DNA of 64,000 nt. Source: Octopus vulgaris (lineage: Eukaryota). Positions 1-12,180 of the stretch are shown piece by piece (the stretch's first letter is position 1; each line of letters begins with the position of its first letter). The DNA lies in assembly GCA_951406725.2 (NCBI GenBank), contig OX597837.1, forward strand, positions 48,146,620 to 48,210,619, in the 5' to 3' direction. The notes beneath the pieces were generated by a model that worked only from the letters and a program-made list of their open reading frames with translations, was not told the DNA's origin and made no database searches. The translations under genes were made by a program, and so were the position numbers.

Positions 1-3000
1 TTTACATAGGCCCAAGTATTTTATATTACTAGCTTCACTTAGGGCCAAATATTTTATATTACTAGCTTCACTTAGGCCCAAATATTTTATATTACTAGCT
101 TCACTTAGGCCCAAATATTTTATATTACTAGCTTCACTTAGGGCCAAATATTTTATATTACTAGCTTCACTTAGGCCAAATATTTTATATTACTAGCTTC
201 ACTTAGGGCCAAATATTTTATCTTACTAGCTTCACTTAGGGCCAAATATTTTATATTACTAGCTTTACATAGGCCCAAGTATTTTATATTACTAGCTTCA
301 CTTAGGGCCAAATATTTTATATTACTAGCTTCACTTAGGGCCAAATATTTTATATTACTAGCTTCACTTAGGGCCAAATATTTTATATTACTAGCTTCAC
401 TTAGGGCCAAATATTTTATATTACTAGCTTCACTTAGGCCCAAGTATTTTATATTACTAGCTTCACTTAGGCCCAAGTATTTTATATTACTAGCTTCACT
501 TAGGGCCAAGTATTTTATATTACTAGCTTCACTTAGGCCCAAGTATTTCATATTACTAGCTTTACATAGGCCCAAATATTTTATATTACTAGCTTCACTT
601 AGGCCCATATATATTTTATCTTACTAGCTTCACTTAGGCCCAAATATTTTATATTACTAGCTTCACTTAGGCCCAAATATTTTATATTACTAGCTTTACA
701 TAGGCCCAAGTATTTTATATTACTAGCTTCACTTAGGGCCCAAGTATTTTATCTTACTAGCTTCACTTAGGCCCAAGTATTTTATATTACTAGCTTCACT
801 TAGGCCCAAGTATTTTATATTACTAGCTTCACTTAGGCCCAAGTATTTTATATTACTAGCTTCACTTAGGCCCAAGTATTTTATATTACTAGCTTTACAT
901 AGGCCCAAATATTTTATATTACTAGCTTCACTTAGGCCCAAATATTTTATCTTACTAGCTTCACTTAGGCCCAAATATTTTATATTACTAGCTTCACTTA
1001 GGCCCAAGTATTTTATATTACTAGCTTCACTTAGGCCCAAGTATTTTATATTACTAGCTTCACTTAGGCCCAAGTATTTTATATTACTAGCTTTACATAG
1101 GCCCAAATATTTTATATTACTAGCTTCACTTAGGCCCAAATATTTTATATTACTAGCTTCACTTAGGCCCAAGTATTTTATATTACTAGCTTCACTTAGG
1201 CCCAAATATTTTATATTACTAGCTTCACTTAGGCCCAAGTATTTTATATTACTAGCTTCACTTAGGCCCAAGTATTTTATATTACTAGCTTTACATAGGC
1301 CCAAATATTTTATCTTACTAGCTTCACTTAGGCCCAAGTATTTTATATTACTAGCTTCACTTAGGCCCAAATATTTTATATTACTAGCTTCACTTAGGGC
1401 CAAATATTTTATATTACTAGCTTCACTTAGGGCCAAATATTTTATCTTACTAGCTTCACTTAGGCCCAAGTATTTTATATTACTAGCTTCACTTAGGCCC
1501 AAGTATTTTATATTACTAGCTTCACTTAGGCCCAAGTATTTTATATTACTAGCTTCACTTAGGCCCAAGTATTTTATATTACTAGCTTTACATAGGCCCA
1601 AATATTTTATATTACTAGCTTTACATAGGCCCAAATATTTTATATTACTAGCTTCACTTAGGCCCAAATATTTTATATTACTAGCTTCACTTAGGCCCAA
1701 GTATTTTATATTACTAGCTTCACTTAGGCCCAAATATTTTATATTACTAGCTTCACTTAGGGCCAAATATTTTATATTACTAGCTTCACTTAGGGCCCAA
1801 GTATTTTATCTTACTAGCTTCACTTAGGCCCAAGTATTTTATATTACTAGCTTCACTTAGGCCCAAATATTTTATATTACTAGCTTTACATAGGCCCAAG
1901 TATTTTATCTTACTAGCTTCACTTAGGCCCAAGTATTTTATCTTACTAGCTTCACTTAGGCCCAAATATTTTATCTTACTAGCTTCACTTAGGCCCAAGT
2001 ATTTTATCTTACTAGCTTCACTTAGGCCCAAGTATTTTATCTTACTAGCTTCACTTAGGCCCAAGTATTTTATCTTACTAGCTTCACTTAGGCCCAAATA
2101 TTTTATATTACTAGCTTCACTTAGGCCCAAGTATTTTATATTACTAGCTTTACATAGGCCCAAGTATTTTATATTACTAGCTTTACATAGGCCCAAGTAT
2201 TTTATATTACTAGCTTTACATAGGCCCAAGTATTTTATATTACTAGCTTTACATAGGCCCAAGTATTTTATATTACTAGCTTTACATAGGCCCAAATATT
2301 TTATATTACTAGCTTCACTTAGGCCCAAGTATTTTATATTACTAGCTTCACTTAGGCCCAAGTATTTTATATTACTAGCTTTACATAGGCCCAAGTATTT
2401 TATATTACTAGCTTTACATAGGCCCAAGTATTTTATATTACTAGCTTTACATAGGCCCAAGTATTTTATATTACTAGCTTTACATAGGCCCAAGTATTTT
2501 ATATTACTAGCTTTACATAGGCCCAAGTATTTTATATTACTAGCTTCACATAGGCCCAAGTATTTTATATTACTAGCTTTACATAGGCCCAAGTATTTTA
2601 TATTACTAGCTTTACATAGGCCCAAGTATTTTATATTACTAGCTTCACATAGGCCCAAGTATTTTATATTACTAGCTTCACTTAGGCCCAAGTATTTTAT
2701 ATTACTAGCTTTACATAGGCCCAAGTATTTTATATTACTAGCTTCACATAGGCCCAAGTATTTTATATTACTAGCTTCACATAGGCCCAAGTATTTTATA
2801 TTACTAGCTTTACATAGGCCCAAGTATTTTATATTACTAGCTTCACATAGGCCCAAGTATTTTATATTACTAGCTTTACATAGGCCCAAGTATTTTATAT
2901 TACTAGCTTCACTTAGGCCCAAATATTTTATATTACTAGCTTCACTTAGGCCCAAGTATTTTATATTACTAGCTACATAGGCCCAATATTTTATATTACT

Positions 3001-5091
3001 AGCTTTACATAGGCCCAAGTATTTTATATTACTAGCTTTACATAGGCCCAAGTATTTTATATTACTAGCTTCACTTAGGCCCAAGTATTTTATATTACTA
3101 GCTTTACATAGGCCCAAGTATTTTATATTACTAGCTTCACATAGGCCCAAGTATTTTATATTACTAGCTTCACTTAGGCCCAAGTATTTTATATTACTAG
3201 CTTTACATAGGCCCAAGTATTTTATATTACTAGCTTCACATAGGCCCAAGTATTTTATATTACTAGCTTTACATAGGCCCAAGTATTTTATATTACTAGC
3301 TTCACTTAGGCCCAAGTATTTTATATTACTAGCTTCACTTAGGCCCAAGTATTTTATATTACTAGCTTCACTTAGGCCCAAGTATTTTATATTACTAGCT
3401 TTACATAGGCCCAAGTATTTTATATTACTAGCTTCACTTAGGCCCAAGTATTTTATATTACTAGCTTCACTTAGGCCCAAGTATTTTATATTACTAGCTT
3501 TACATAGGCCCAAGTATTTTATATTACTAGCTTCACATAGGCCCAAGTATTTTATATTACTAGCTTCACTTAGGCCCAAGTATTTTATATTACTAGCTTT
3601 ACATAGGCCCAAGTATTTTATATTACTAGCTTCACATAGGCCCAAGTATTTTATATTACTAGCTTTACATAGGCCCAAGTATTTTATATTACTAGCTTTA
3701 CATAGGCCCAAGTATTTTATATTACTAGCTTTACATAGGCCCAAGTATTTTATATTACTAGCTTTACATAGGCCCAAGTATTTTATATTACTAGCTTTAC
3801 ATAGGCCCAAGTATTTTATATTACTAGCTTACACATAGGCCCAAGTATTTTATATTACTAGCTTCACTTAGGCCCAAGTATTTTATATTACTAGCTTTAC
3901 ATAGGCCCAAGTATTTTATATTACTAGCTTCACATAGGCCCAAGTATTTTATATTACTAGCTTTACATAGGCCCAAGTATTTTATATTACTAGCTTTCAC
4001 TTAGGCCCAAGTATTTTATATTACTAGCTTTACATAGGCCCAAGTATTTTATATTACTAGCTTCACTTAGGCCCAAGTATTTTATATTACTAGCTTCACT
4101 TAGGGCCAAATATTTTATATTACTAGCTTCACTTAGGCCCAAATATTTTATATTACTAGCTTCACTTAGGCCCAAATATTTTATCTTACTAGCTTCACTT
4201 AGGCCCAAGTATTTTATATTACTAGCTTTACATAGGCCCAAATATTTTATATTACTAGCTTCACTTAGGCCCAAATATTTTATATTACTAGCTTCACTTA
4301 GGCCCAAGTATTTTATATTACTAGCTTCACTTAGGCCCAAATATTTTATATTACTAGCTTCACTTAGGGCCAAATATTTTATATTACTAGCTTTACATAG
4401 GCCCAAGTATTTTATATTACTAGCTTTACATAGGCCCAAATATTTTATATTACTAGCTTCACATAGGCCCAAATATTTTATATTACTAGCTTTACATAGG
4501 CCCAAGTATTTTATATTACTAGCTTCACTTAGGGCCAAGTATTTTATATTACTAGCTTTACATAGGCCCAAGTATTTTATATTACTAGCTTCACATAGGC
4601 CCAAGTATTTTATATTACTAGCTTCACTTAGGCCCAAGTATTTTATATTACTAGCTTCACTTAGGCCCAAATATTTTATATTACTAGCTTCACTTAGGCC
4701 CAAATATTTTATCTTACTAGCTTCACTTAGGCCCAAATATTTTATCTTACTAGCTTCACTTAGGCCCAAGTATTTTATTTTACTAGCTTTACATAGGCCC
4801 AAATATTTTATATTACTAGCTTCACTTAGGCCCAAGTATTTTATATTACTAGCTTTACATAGGCCCAAATATTTTATCTTACTAGCTTCACTTAGGCCCA
4901 AATATTTTATATTACTAGCTTCACTTAGGCCCAAGTATTTTATATTACTAGCTTCACTTAGGCCCAAATATTTTATATTACTAGCTTTACATAGGCCCAA
5001 GTATTTTATATTACTAGCTTCACTTAGGCCCAAATATTTTATATTACTAGCTTCACTTAGGCCCAAATATTTTATATTACTAGCTTCACAT
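1..5091. repeat. 33-bp tandem minisatellite, about 154 copies, open at the window start
   Basis: Unit GGCCCAAGTATTTTATATTACTAGCTTCACTTA repeated head-to-tail with a few recurrent variants (tcactta/ttacata/tcacata, aag/aaa, atatta/atctta, ggccc/gggcc); ends abruptly near 5091. Confidence 0.98.
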
Positions 5092-6849
5092 TGCGTTAAT
5101 TTTTCCCCTGCATTTTTTGCTTGTACTGTGACTATTTGAGTCAAAAGTGACTTTACTTTAAATTTCTGTAATAGTTTGCTTTTGTGTTTGCTTCAAATAA
5201 TTGGTTCATTTGGTAATATAATACGAGGAACAGGCTATACATCAAATACAACCCTATTTGTCAATAGTTTATGATGCTGAGAATTAACTTTTTTCTTTTG
5301 TTTCATTATTACCAAATCCCAAATTGCTATTATTAATGTTGTTCTAACTCTACAATAATGGTTAAATGTGCTGTATTCAGCATAAATGGTTTTCTGTTCA
5401 AATGCAACTTAGAGACATGCTTCTAGTTAACAGCTGCTGTTGAAGACATTCCTGGTTAATTTGCTCAGGAAATTCTGGGAGGTTTTCAGTAATTCGATTG
5501 GCATATTCCATCGGCAGAAGTTTCTTCAATCTGTAAAATCATTGTAAATGTGAAGTGCCAACTGTCTCTAGTAATCAGATTTTTAAATTTTCTTTATGTT
5601 TACATTCTATAAAATAGTTCGAGTTTGGCTTCACTACAGAGGGTCCCTGAAAACTTTGCTCCTGGATTAGTGAAATTCATTTGGTTGATGTTCAGTTTCA
5701 GTAGCTGCAAGTAAGCATCAGCAGGAAAACTCATTGCAATAGAGGAATTCCAGCAGATAAAGGTTTTGGAGAACTGACTGATGGAGTGACATATTTAGTG
5801 CAGGATCTGGCCAATGCAACACAGTAAGGGCAGAAATAAGAATAGTTGGGTCAAGTCCACCTGGTTGAGGAAGGGTCAGTACCTTGTTCAGAGGAGCAGA
5901 AAAACTTGTTGAAGTGTATGTGAGGGAGAGAGGAAAACTGTCTGTGTGCCAGGGATTGTAGTGTGTTGATAAAATAAGTTGGGTGGCCTTTTTTGGATTC
6001 AACCTGAGATGGTTGTATGTTGTAGTATTTACAACAGCAACAATCCTGGATTTTTTGTTGTTTTACCACTGTTCATCCTTGATTGAGCAGACTTATGATC
6101 TGAGATTCCAGATATGACTTCCTCATCTTTTGTGTGTGGGGAGTTCAGAATCATGTCTAGGTTTTTTTGTTTTGTTTTTTTTCCCTGTTAAAAGAATCAG
6201 TGTGATTTGAAGGAGGTCAAGTGACCACATTGATTCTGGTGTTGGCTCAATTCCTTGATAGGTAAGCAAGGAGTTTGTAGTGTTCCTTTGCCAGTCAACT
6301 GGATGTCCTTCATGCTGGTGTTTGGGTGTGCAGCTGCTTCTCTTGTAGATGTGTACAGTGCTCCCAGAGGATTGTACAGCCTCTGAAAAATGCTTCAGGA
6401 TTATTGATGACTTCCCATTCTCATACAGTAACATTATTTTCCAGAATCTGGTTGCTACCCCCAAAACCTCTTTCTTGCTTTGAACCCCTAGCTCATTAGT
6501 GGGGAACCTTTTTATGTTGGAATGCACATTCAAGTGAACTTCTCTCAGTCAACATTGCATTTCAAAAAAAAAATTTACTTATATTACAAGCAAGTGTGTG
6601 TTTGTGTGTGTGTACTCGTGCACGTTAGTGTATATGTAAGATGTATAATATTTAAACTGCTAAATCTGAAATGTTTTCAGGGCCAACACAGTTCTCATAG
6701 AAAATTTTCTTTGGTCTGTTCTACTATCTGAAGTTGATGGCCTTTGAGAGTGGATTTCAAAAAATAGGCTCCAGGAGCTAAATTCCTTGTATTTGTATGT
6801 GTTACTGTCAGGTGTGTGTGTTTGTGTGTATAAGACAAGTGAGATGAAT

Positions 6850-7400
6850 GCTGTTAGTGTTCAGGTTGAGATGTTTGCAAGTTAACATCTGTGAGAAAGA
6901 CGAGCAGGCAAGAGGTTCCAGGGGAGCAATATTCTGGAAATGAAAACTTAGGATTTGGAGGTTAGTTTAGGGTAAGAGTGGTTGAGTAGTGAGAGATGGA
7001 TTCAGTGGGGATTGGGGGTACTTGTATGATGGAGGTACAAGAGCAAATAGATGGGAAGAGCTGAGGCTATTTTAGTAGCAACAGGAAAGACAGGGAATGG
7101 AACCTGAGATTGGAGTGTGTCCACTAAGAATTGTACCAATCCAACAAATAACGCTGCTCTGGATGCAATCCAGGATATTTGTATACATAGCACCGTCTCA
7201 CATATGAGGGCAGTACTCCATTGTGGGTCCTATTTGAGTGTTTTAGAGTACCAGCAGTTGTTAGGAGCTGAAATATCTTCTGGCCTTAAAGAGAAGGCTC
7301 AGTCTTTGAGATGCAGTCCTGGCTATAGTATGTGCTTTTACCAGAGGAAATCTTTTCTTGATAGCAAGGCCCATCATATGAGTATCTCTGGTGGCTCAAG
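6850..7400 (-). mobile_element. Degenerate CR1/L2/Jockey-group LINE fragment (RT thumb region)
   Basis: Minus strand near 7150-7310 reads RLSLLFKARRYFSS*QLLVL*NTQIGPTMEYCPHM*DGA, resembling the LYK..IRP.MEYC..W thumb motif; several stops; boundaries approximate. Confidence 0.5.
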
Positions 7401-7608
7401 TTCAGTGCTACTCCTGGTTAGAGGAGGTGCAGCATGGTGATGGTTATATACTATCAGTTCTACACATGAGCATACATGTGTGTGCCTCTGTGTATGTGTA
7501 TATGCATTTGTATGTGTACGTATGGATATTTATATAGTAATGTAAAAGTATCAATAATATATTTTACATAGTGCAAACATCTGGTATAGAACTCATGTTG
7601 AGTACAGT

Positions 7609-7610
<2 letters not shown>

Positions 7611-7694
<84 letters not shown>

Positions 7695-7698
7695 ATAA
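7611..7698. repeat. (TA)n microsatellite
   Basis: Pure AT dinucleotide run. Confidence 0.95.
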
Positions 7699-7755
7699 AT
7701 TTTGTGTACAAATGAAAGAAAGGGCATTCAACACATTTATTGGGAGTCAATTGTA

Positions 7756-7889
7756 TTATTCAAAACAGTTTCAGATTCTGTGCTACTTCAAGTTTTGCAA
7801 GCCCTTAATGGAGCCTGAGGAGACAGGCTCTGTTAGGGGCTTGCAAAATTTGAAGTAGCACAGAATCCAAATCAAACTGTTTTGAATAA
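7756..7889. repeat. ~134-bp foldback palindrome (MITE-like)
   Basis: ttattcaaaacagttt..gattctgtgctacttcaagttttgcaagccc..gagcctg-aggaga-caggctc..gggcttgcaaaatttgaagtagcacagaatc..aaactgttttgaataa: near-perfect inverted arms around a 6-nt loop. Confidence 0.85.
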
Positions 7890-8106
7890 CATATCAAAGT
7901 CGATAGCTGTGGAAGAGAGAAAAATCTGGAGTTTATCCAGGGTTCAGTTGGAGTTAGAAATATCAAAGTGGATTGACTGTGAATTATGGGAGGAAATGTC
8001 TATAAACAATATTTTTAGGTGTGTATGGTATAGAAGCTGGAACTAAATTAAGCCATTATAATTTCCCTCGTGTATGCATGTATGTGGGTATATACATATG
8101 TATACT

Positions 8107-8142
<36 letters not shown>

Positions 8143-8146
<4 letters not shown>

Positions 8147-9470
8147 GAATCAAAGGGCCTTAGAATAAATGTAGCAAAGACCAAAGTATTAGTAAGCAGC
8201 AAGAGGTACTCAACACACATCCCCTCGGGTAGGTGGCCCTGCTCAACCTGTAGGAAAGGTACAGGTAGAAACTCCATAAGATGCACCCAATGTAAGTTAT
8301 GGACACATAAGAGGTGCAGCAACATTAAAGGAAATTAACAGATAAGATAGCTTTCATGTGCGGCAGATGCACAGGGACAATAGACACAACAGACACTCAG
8401 AAAACAGATTCCATCACACTCCAGGGAGAGAAACTAGAAGTAGTTGATAGTTTCCGCTACCTGGGAGACCAAGTTAGTAGCGGAGGTGGATGCACAGAGA
8501 GTATCACCACTAGAATACGAATAGCCTGGGCAAAGTTCAGAAAGCTCCTACCCCTACTGGCAACAAAAGGCCTCTCCCTCAGAGCAAAAGGTAGATTATA
8601 TGATGCATGTGTGCGAACTGCCATGCTTCACGGTAATGAAACATGGGCTGTGACTGCAGAAGACATGCGTAGACTTGAAAGAAATGAAGCTAGCATGATC
8701 CGCTGGATGTGTAGTGTCAGTGTGCACGCAAAACAGAGTGTAAGTATCCTGAGAGAAATGCTGGATATAAGAAGCATCAGATGTGGTGTGCAAGAGCGAC
8801 GCTTGCGATGGTATGGTCATGTGCTGCGGATGGATGAAGAGAGATGTGTGAAGAAGTGCCACTCCCAAACAGTTGAAGGTATCAGGGGGAGAGGTAGACC
8901 CAGGAAGACATGGGATGAGGTGGTCAAGCATGACCTCAGAGCATTGGGCCTCACTGAGGCAATGGCGAAGGACCGAGATCTCTGGAGATATGCTGTGACT
9001 ACAAAGACCCGGGCTGCTTTCTGCAGCAATTCCACATACCCCCTACCCATTCTAAGTACCCCCCTACCCATTCTAAGTACCCCCCTACCCATTCTAAGTA
9101 CCCCCCTACCCATTCTAAGTACCCCGGATCCCCAAAGTACCCCGGATCCCCAAAGTACCCCGGATCCCCAAAATACCCCAATCCCCAAAGTACCCCGGAC
9201 CTCGTTGCCCCCGTGCCGCTGACACGTTAAAATGCTCGAATCCGATCGTGACGATGCCGGACCCTCCGGCCCCTGTGCAGGTGGCACGTAAAAAGCACCC
9301 AATCCACTCACGGAGTGGTTGGCGTTAGGAAGGGCATCCAGCCGTAGAAACTCTGCCAGATTCAGACTGGAGCCTGGAGCGGCCCCTGGCTTCCCAGACC
9401 CGGTCAAACCGTCCAACCCGTGCTAGCGCGGAAAGCGGACGTTAAACGATGATGATGATGATGATGATGA
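8143..9470 (+). mobile_element. 5'-truncated RTE-clade LINE (RT C-terminus with PHD insert, 3' UTR, (GAT)n tail)
   Basis: LESKGLRINVAKTK...LEVVDSFRYLG...RRLRWYGHVLRM...RGRGRPRKTW...DRDLWR are RTE hallmarks; one frameshift near 8330; ends GGACGTTAAAC(GAT)n; flanked on both sides by (TA)n. Confidence 0.93.
9037..9199 (+). repeat. Compound minisatellite: 4x ~21 bp followed by ~4x 18 bp
   Basis: (taccccc ctacccattctaag)x4 then (taccccggatccccaaag)x~4 at the RTE ORF/3' UTR boundary. Confidence 0.9.
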
Positions 9471-10394
9471 TATATATATATATGTTTTATGTATATCTCC
9501 CCCACTCTTCTGTTTGTGCATGCCTAGTTTGCCATCTTTTACAATCCTTTTCACAAGCTGGAATGGACTGAACAGGTTTCACTACATTTTACTATTAATC
9601 ATGGCCACTCTGACCTGCACAACAATGAAGACAAGTCCTTTTCTTTGTATCCTTCAGCCTTTTGCCATGCTTTTAAACAGCCAGATGCAGTTTCTATCAC
9701 CAACCATTGTACTATTCTAGTTGTATTTTTATCATACTGTCAACTCTTGAGACTTTCTCTGGAAGCATTAAACTATTATTTCAACCCAGCAGTTTTTATT
9801 TTCGGGTTCATAGTGGCACCCTTTAAGTAACTTCTCTATCCTGGATCTGATTTTATTCAAGTTTCTGCCATTCTTCAACTTATGGAATCCACTTTAGGAA
9901 TCTTTCCATTTACCATTTGGTTTGTTTGAGTGATCTGCACAATAAAGTTATGCTGTAGACTTCTTGGAAGAAGATGAAGTTTGTCTTTAGGCTGGGGAAG
10001 AAGGAGTGCAAGGGTTGCAAGTGTATTCCCTAAAACTTTTGAGGGACAATGAAAATGCTTTGAACCTCCTGGGTTGGACCTAAGTTTGCACCCACTTAGC
10101 AAATTTCCTTCCCATATTTTGTCTACTCTTTTTAGATTGACTGAGGGAACTTTGATTTATGGAAATTTATTTAGGAGATAAGGCAGTGCAACCTTTTACA
10201 GATCCCTAAATACTGGAGGGAGGAAGACATCCTTAAACTGGATATGTAGCTTGAATGTTTTTAACTGAATGAACTTCCCCAAAAGGTATCCAATGTTGGA
10301 TTAAGTCCCTTACACAAGATGTCAAAATGATGGATGGAGATAGAGGGATGTGAACTGGTTGTGAGTGGAGTAGCCATTATACTGTGTGAGAGTA

Positions 10395-11390
10395 TCATTA
10401 TCATCATCATTGTTTAACGTCCGCTTTCCATGCTAGCATGGGTTGGACGGTTTGACTGAGGGCTGGCAAACCAGATGGCTGCACCAGACTCCAATCTGAT
10501 CTGGCAGAGTTTCTACAGCTGAATGCCCTTCCTAACACCAACCACTCCGAGAGTGTAGTGGGTGCTTTTACATGCCACCAGCACGAGGGCCAGTCAGGCG
10601 GTACTGGCAATGACCATGCTCAAATGGTGCTTTTTGTGTGCCACCTGCACAGGAGCCAGTCCTGCGGCACTGGCAATGACCTCACTCGAATGTTTTTTCA
10701 CGTGCCACCAACACAAGTGCTAGTAAGGTGACTCAGGTAACGATCACACTCGAATGGTGCTTTTTATGTGCCACCGGCACAGAGGCCAGTTTGCTGCTCT
10801 GGCAATGATCATGCTCATATGGTACTCTTAGCACTCCACTAGCACGGATGCCAGTCATCGAATTTGATTTTGATTTCACTTGCCTCTACAGGTCTTCACA
10901 AGCAGAGTTTAGTGTCCAATGAAGGAAAGGTACTCATAAGTGGGCTGGTTACACCCTTGGCATAGGCCACAAGGTTATGGTCTCACTTGGGCTTGCCAAA
11001 TCTTCTCAAGCACAGGTCCCAGTCACTAGTCATTGCCTCGGTGAGGCCCAGTGTTTGAAGGTCATGCTTCACCACCTCATCCTAGGTCTTCCTGAGTCTG
11101 CCTCTTCTACAGGTTCCCTCAACTGCTAGGATGTGGCACTTTTTCACACAGCTATCCACATCCATTCTCACCACATGGCCATACCAGCGTAGTCGTCTCT
11201 CTTGCACACCACAACTGATGCTTCTTAGGTCCAACTTTTCTCTCAAGGTACTTACACTGACATTACACATCCATCGGAGCATGCTGGCTTCGTTCCCTGT
11301 GAGCTTACGCATGTCCTCAGCAGTCCGTGTTTCACTGCCATGTAGCATGGCTGTTTCGTACACATGCATCATACAGTCTGCCTTTTACTT
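10395..11390 (-). mobile_element. RTE LINE 3' fragment with full 3' UTR
   Basis: Minus ORF 11082-11372 (CGVQERRLRWYGHVVRM..RRGRLRKT); the 3' end reads (atc)n gtttaacgtccgctttccatgctagc on +, the reverse of the RTE tail. Confidence 0.9.
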
Positions 11391-11919
11391 ATTAACATTT
11401 AACATTCATGTTGCTCTGCTTTGGCATAGTTTCTATGGCTGAATGCCTTTCATAATGCCAATCACTTCACCGTGTGCACAAGGTGCTTTTTTCATGCTAC
11501 CATTGCTAGTGAGGTCACCATGCAACTCACAAGACTACAAAGCCTAAGGAGAAAGGAGATGGGCTTCATATGAGGAGATGAGAGGATGGAATATGAAAGA
11601 GGGGGTGGGGATGAGCGGGAGCTGCAAATCCAGGTGACCCTTCAAGGTATGAGGGATGAGTAAAAGGGGTTGGGAGGGAGCAAGAGATAGGAAGATAGGA
11701 GGTAGGCAACAAATTTTAAAGATTGGGTAGGATTGAAGGGTGGATGTAGAAATGATGGTTGACCAATGATGCATGAATTGGGGAATGTAGAGGGATGTAG
11801 AAGAGGACAGAGGAGAGTAGCAGGACAATAGTATTAGTAGTAATGGTGATAGAGTTTACAGGAAGGGCGAGGGAGATGATGTGGTTGGGTAGACTACAGG
11901 AGAGGAGCAGGTGTAGTGC

Positions 11920-12180
11920 ATCATCATTATCGTTTAATGTCAGCCTTCCATGCTGGCATGGGTGGAACAGTTTGACAGGAGCAAGCCAGGCAGAAGCCTG
12001 CACTCGGCTTCTGCGACTGTTTTGGCAGGATTTTTACAGCTGGCACAGGCAAGGTCAGCTTTGGCAAGGTTTTTACAGCTGGATGCCCTTCCAAATGCCA
12101 AACACTTTACAGTGTGGACTGGATGCTTTTTAAGTGGCACCTGCACTGACAGGGTCACCAAGTAACCTGCAAGACAAAGA
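11920..12180 (-). mobile_element. RTE-type 3' tail fragment
   Basis: catcatcattatcgtttaatgtcagccttccatgctggcatggg...cagctggatgcccttcc matches the reversed RTE tail. Confidence 0.7.

Noticed and set aside
1-5091. CRISPR-like array
   Set aside because: Units are contiguous with no unique spacers; eukaryotic context; no cas genes.
171-5144. Long minus-strand ORFs resembling a leucine-rich-repeat-like protein
   Set aside because: Translation of a 33-bp satellite; no ATG, several frameshifts, near-identical DNA units.
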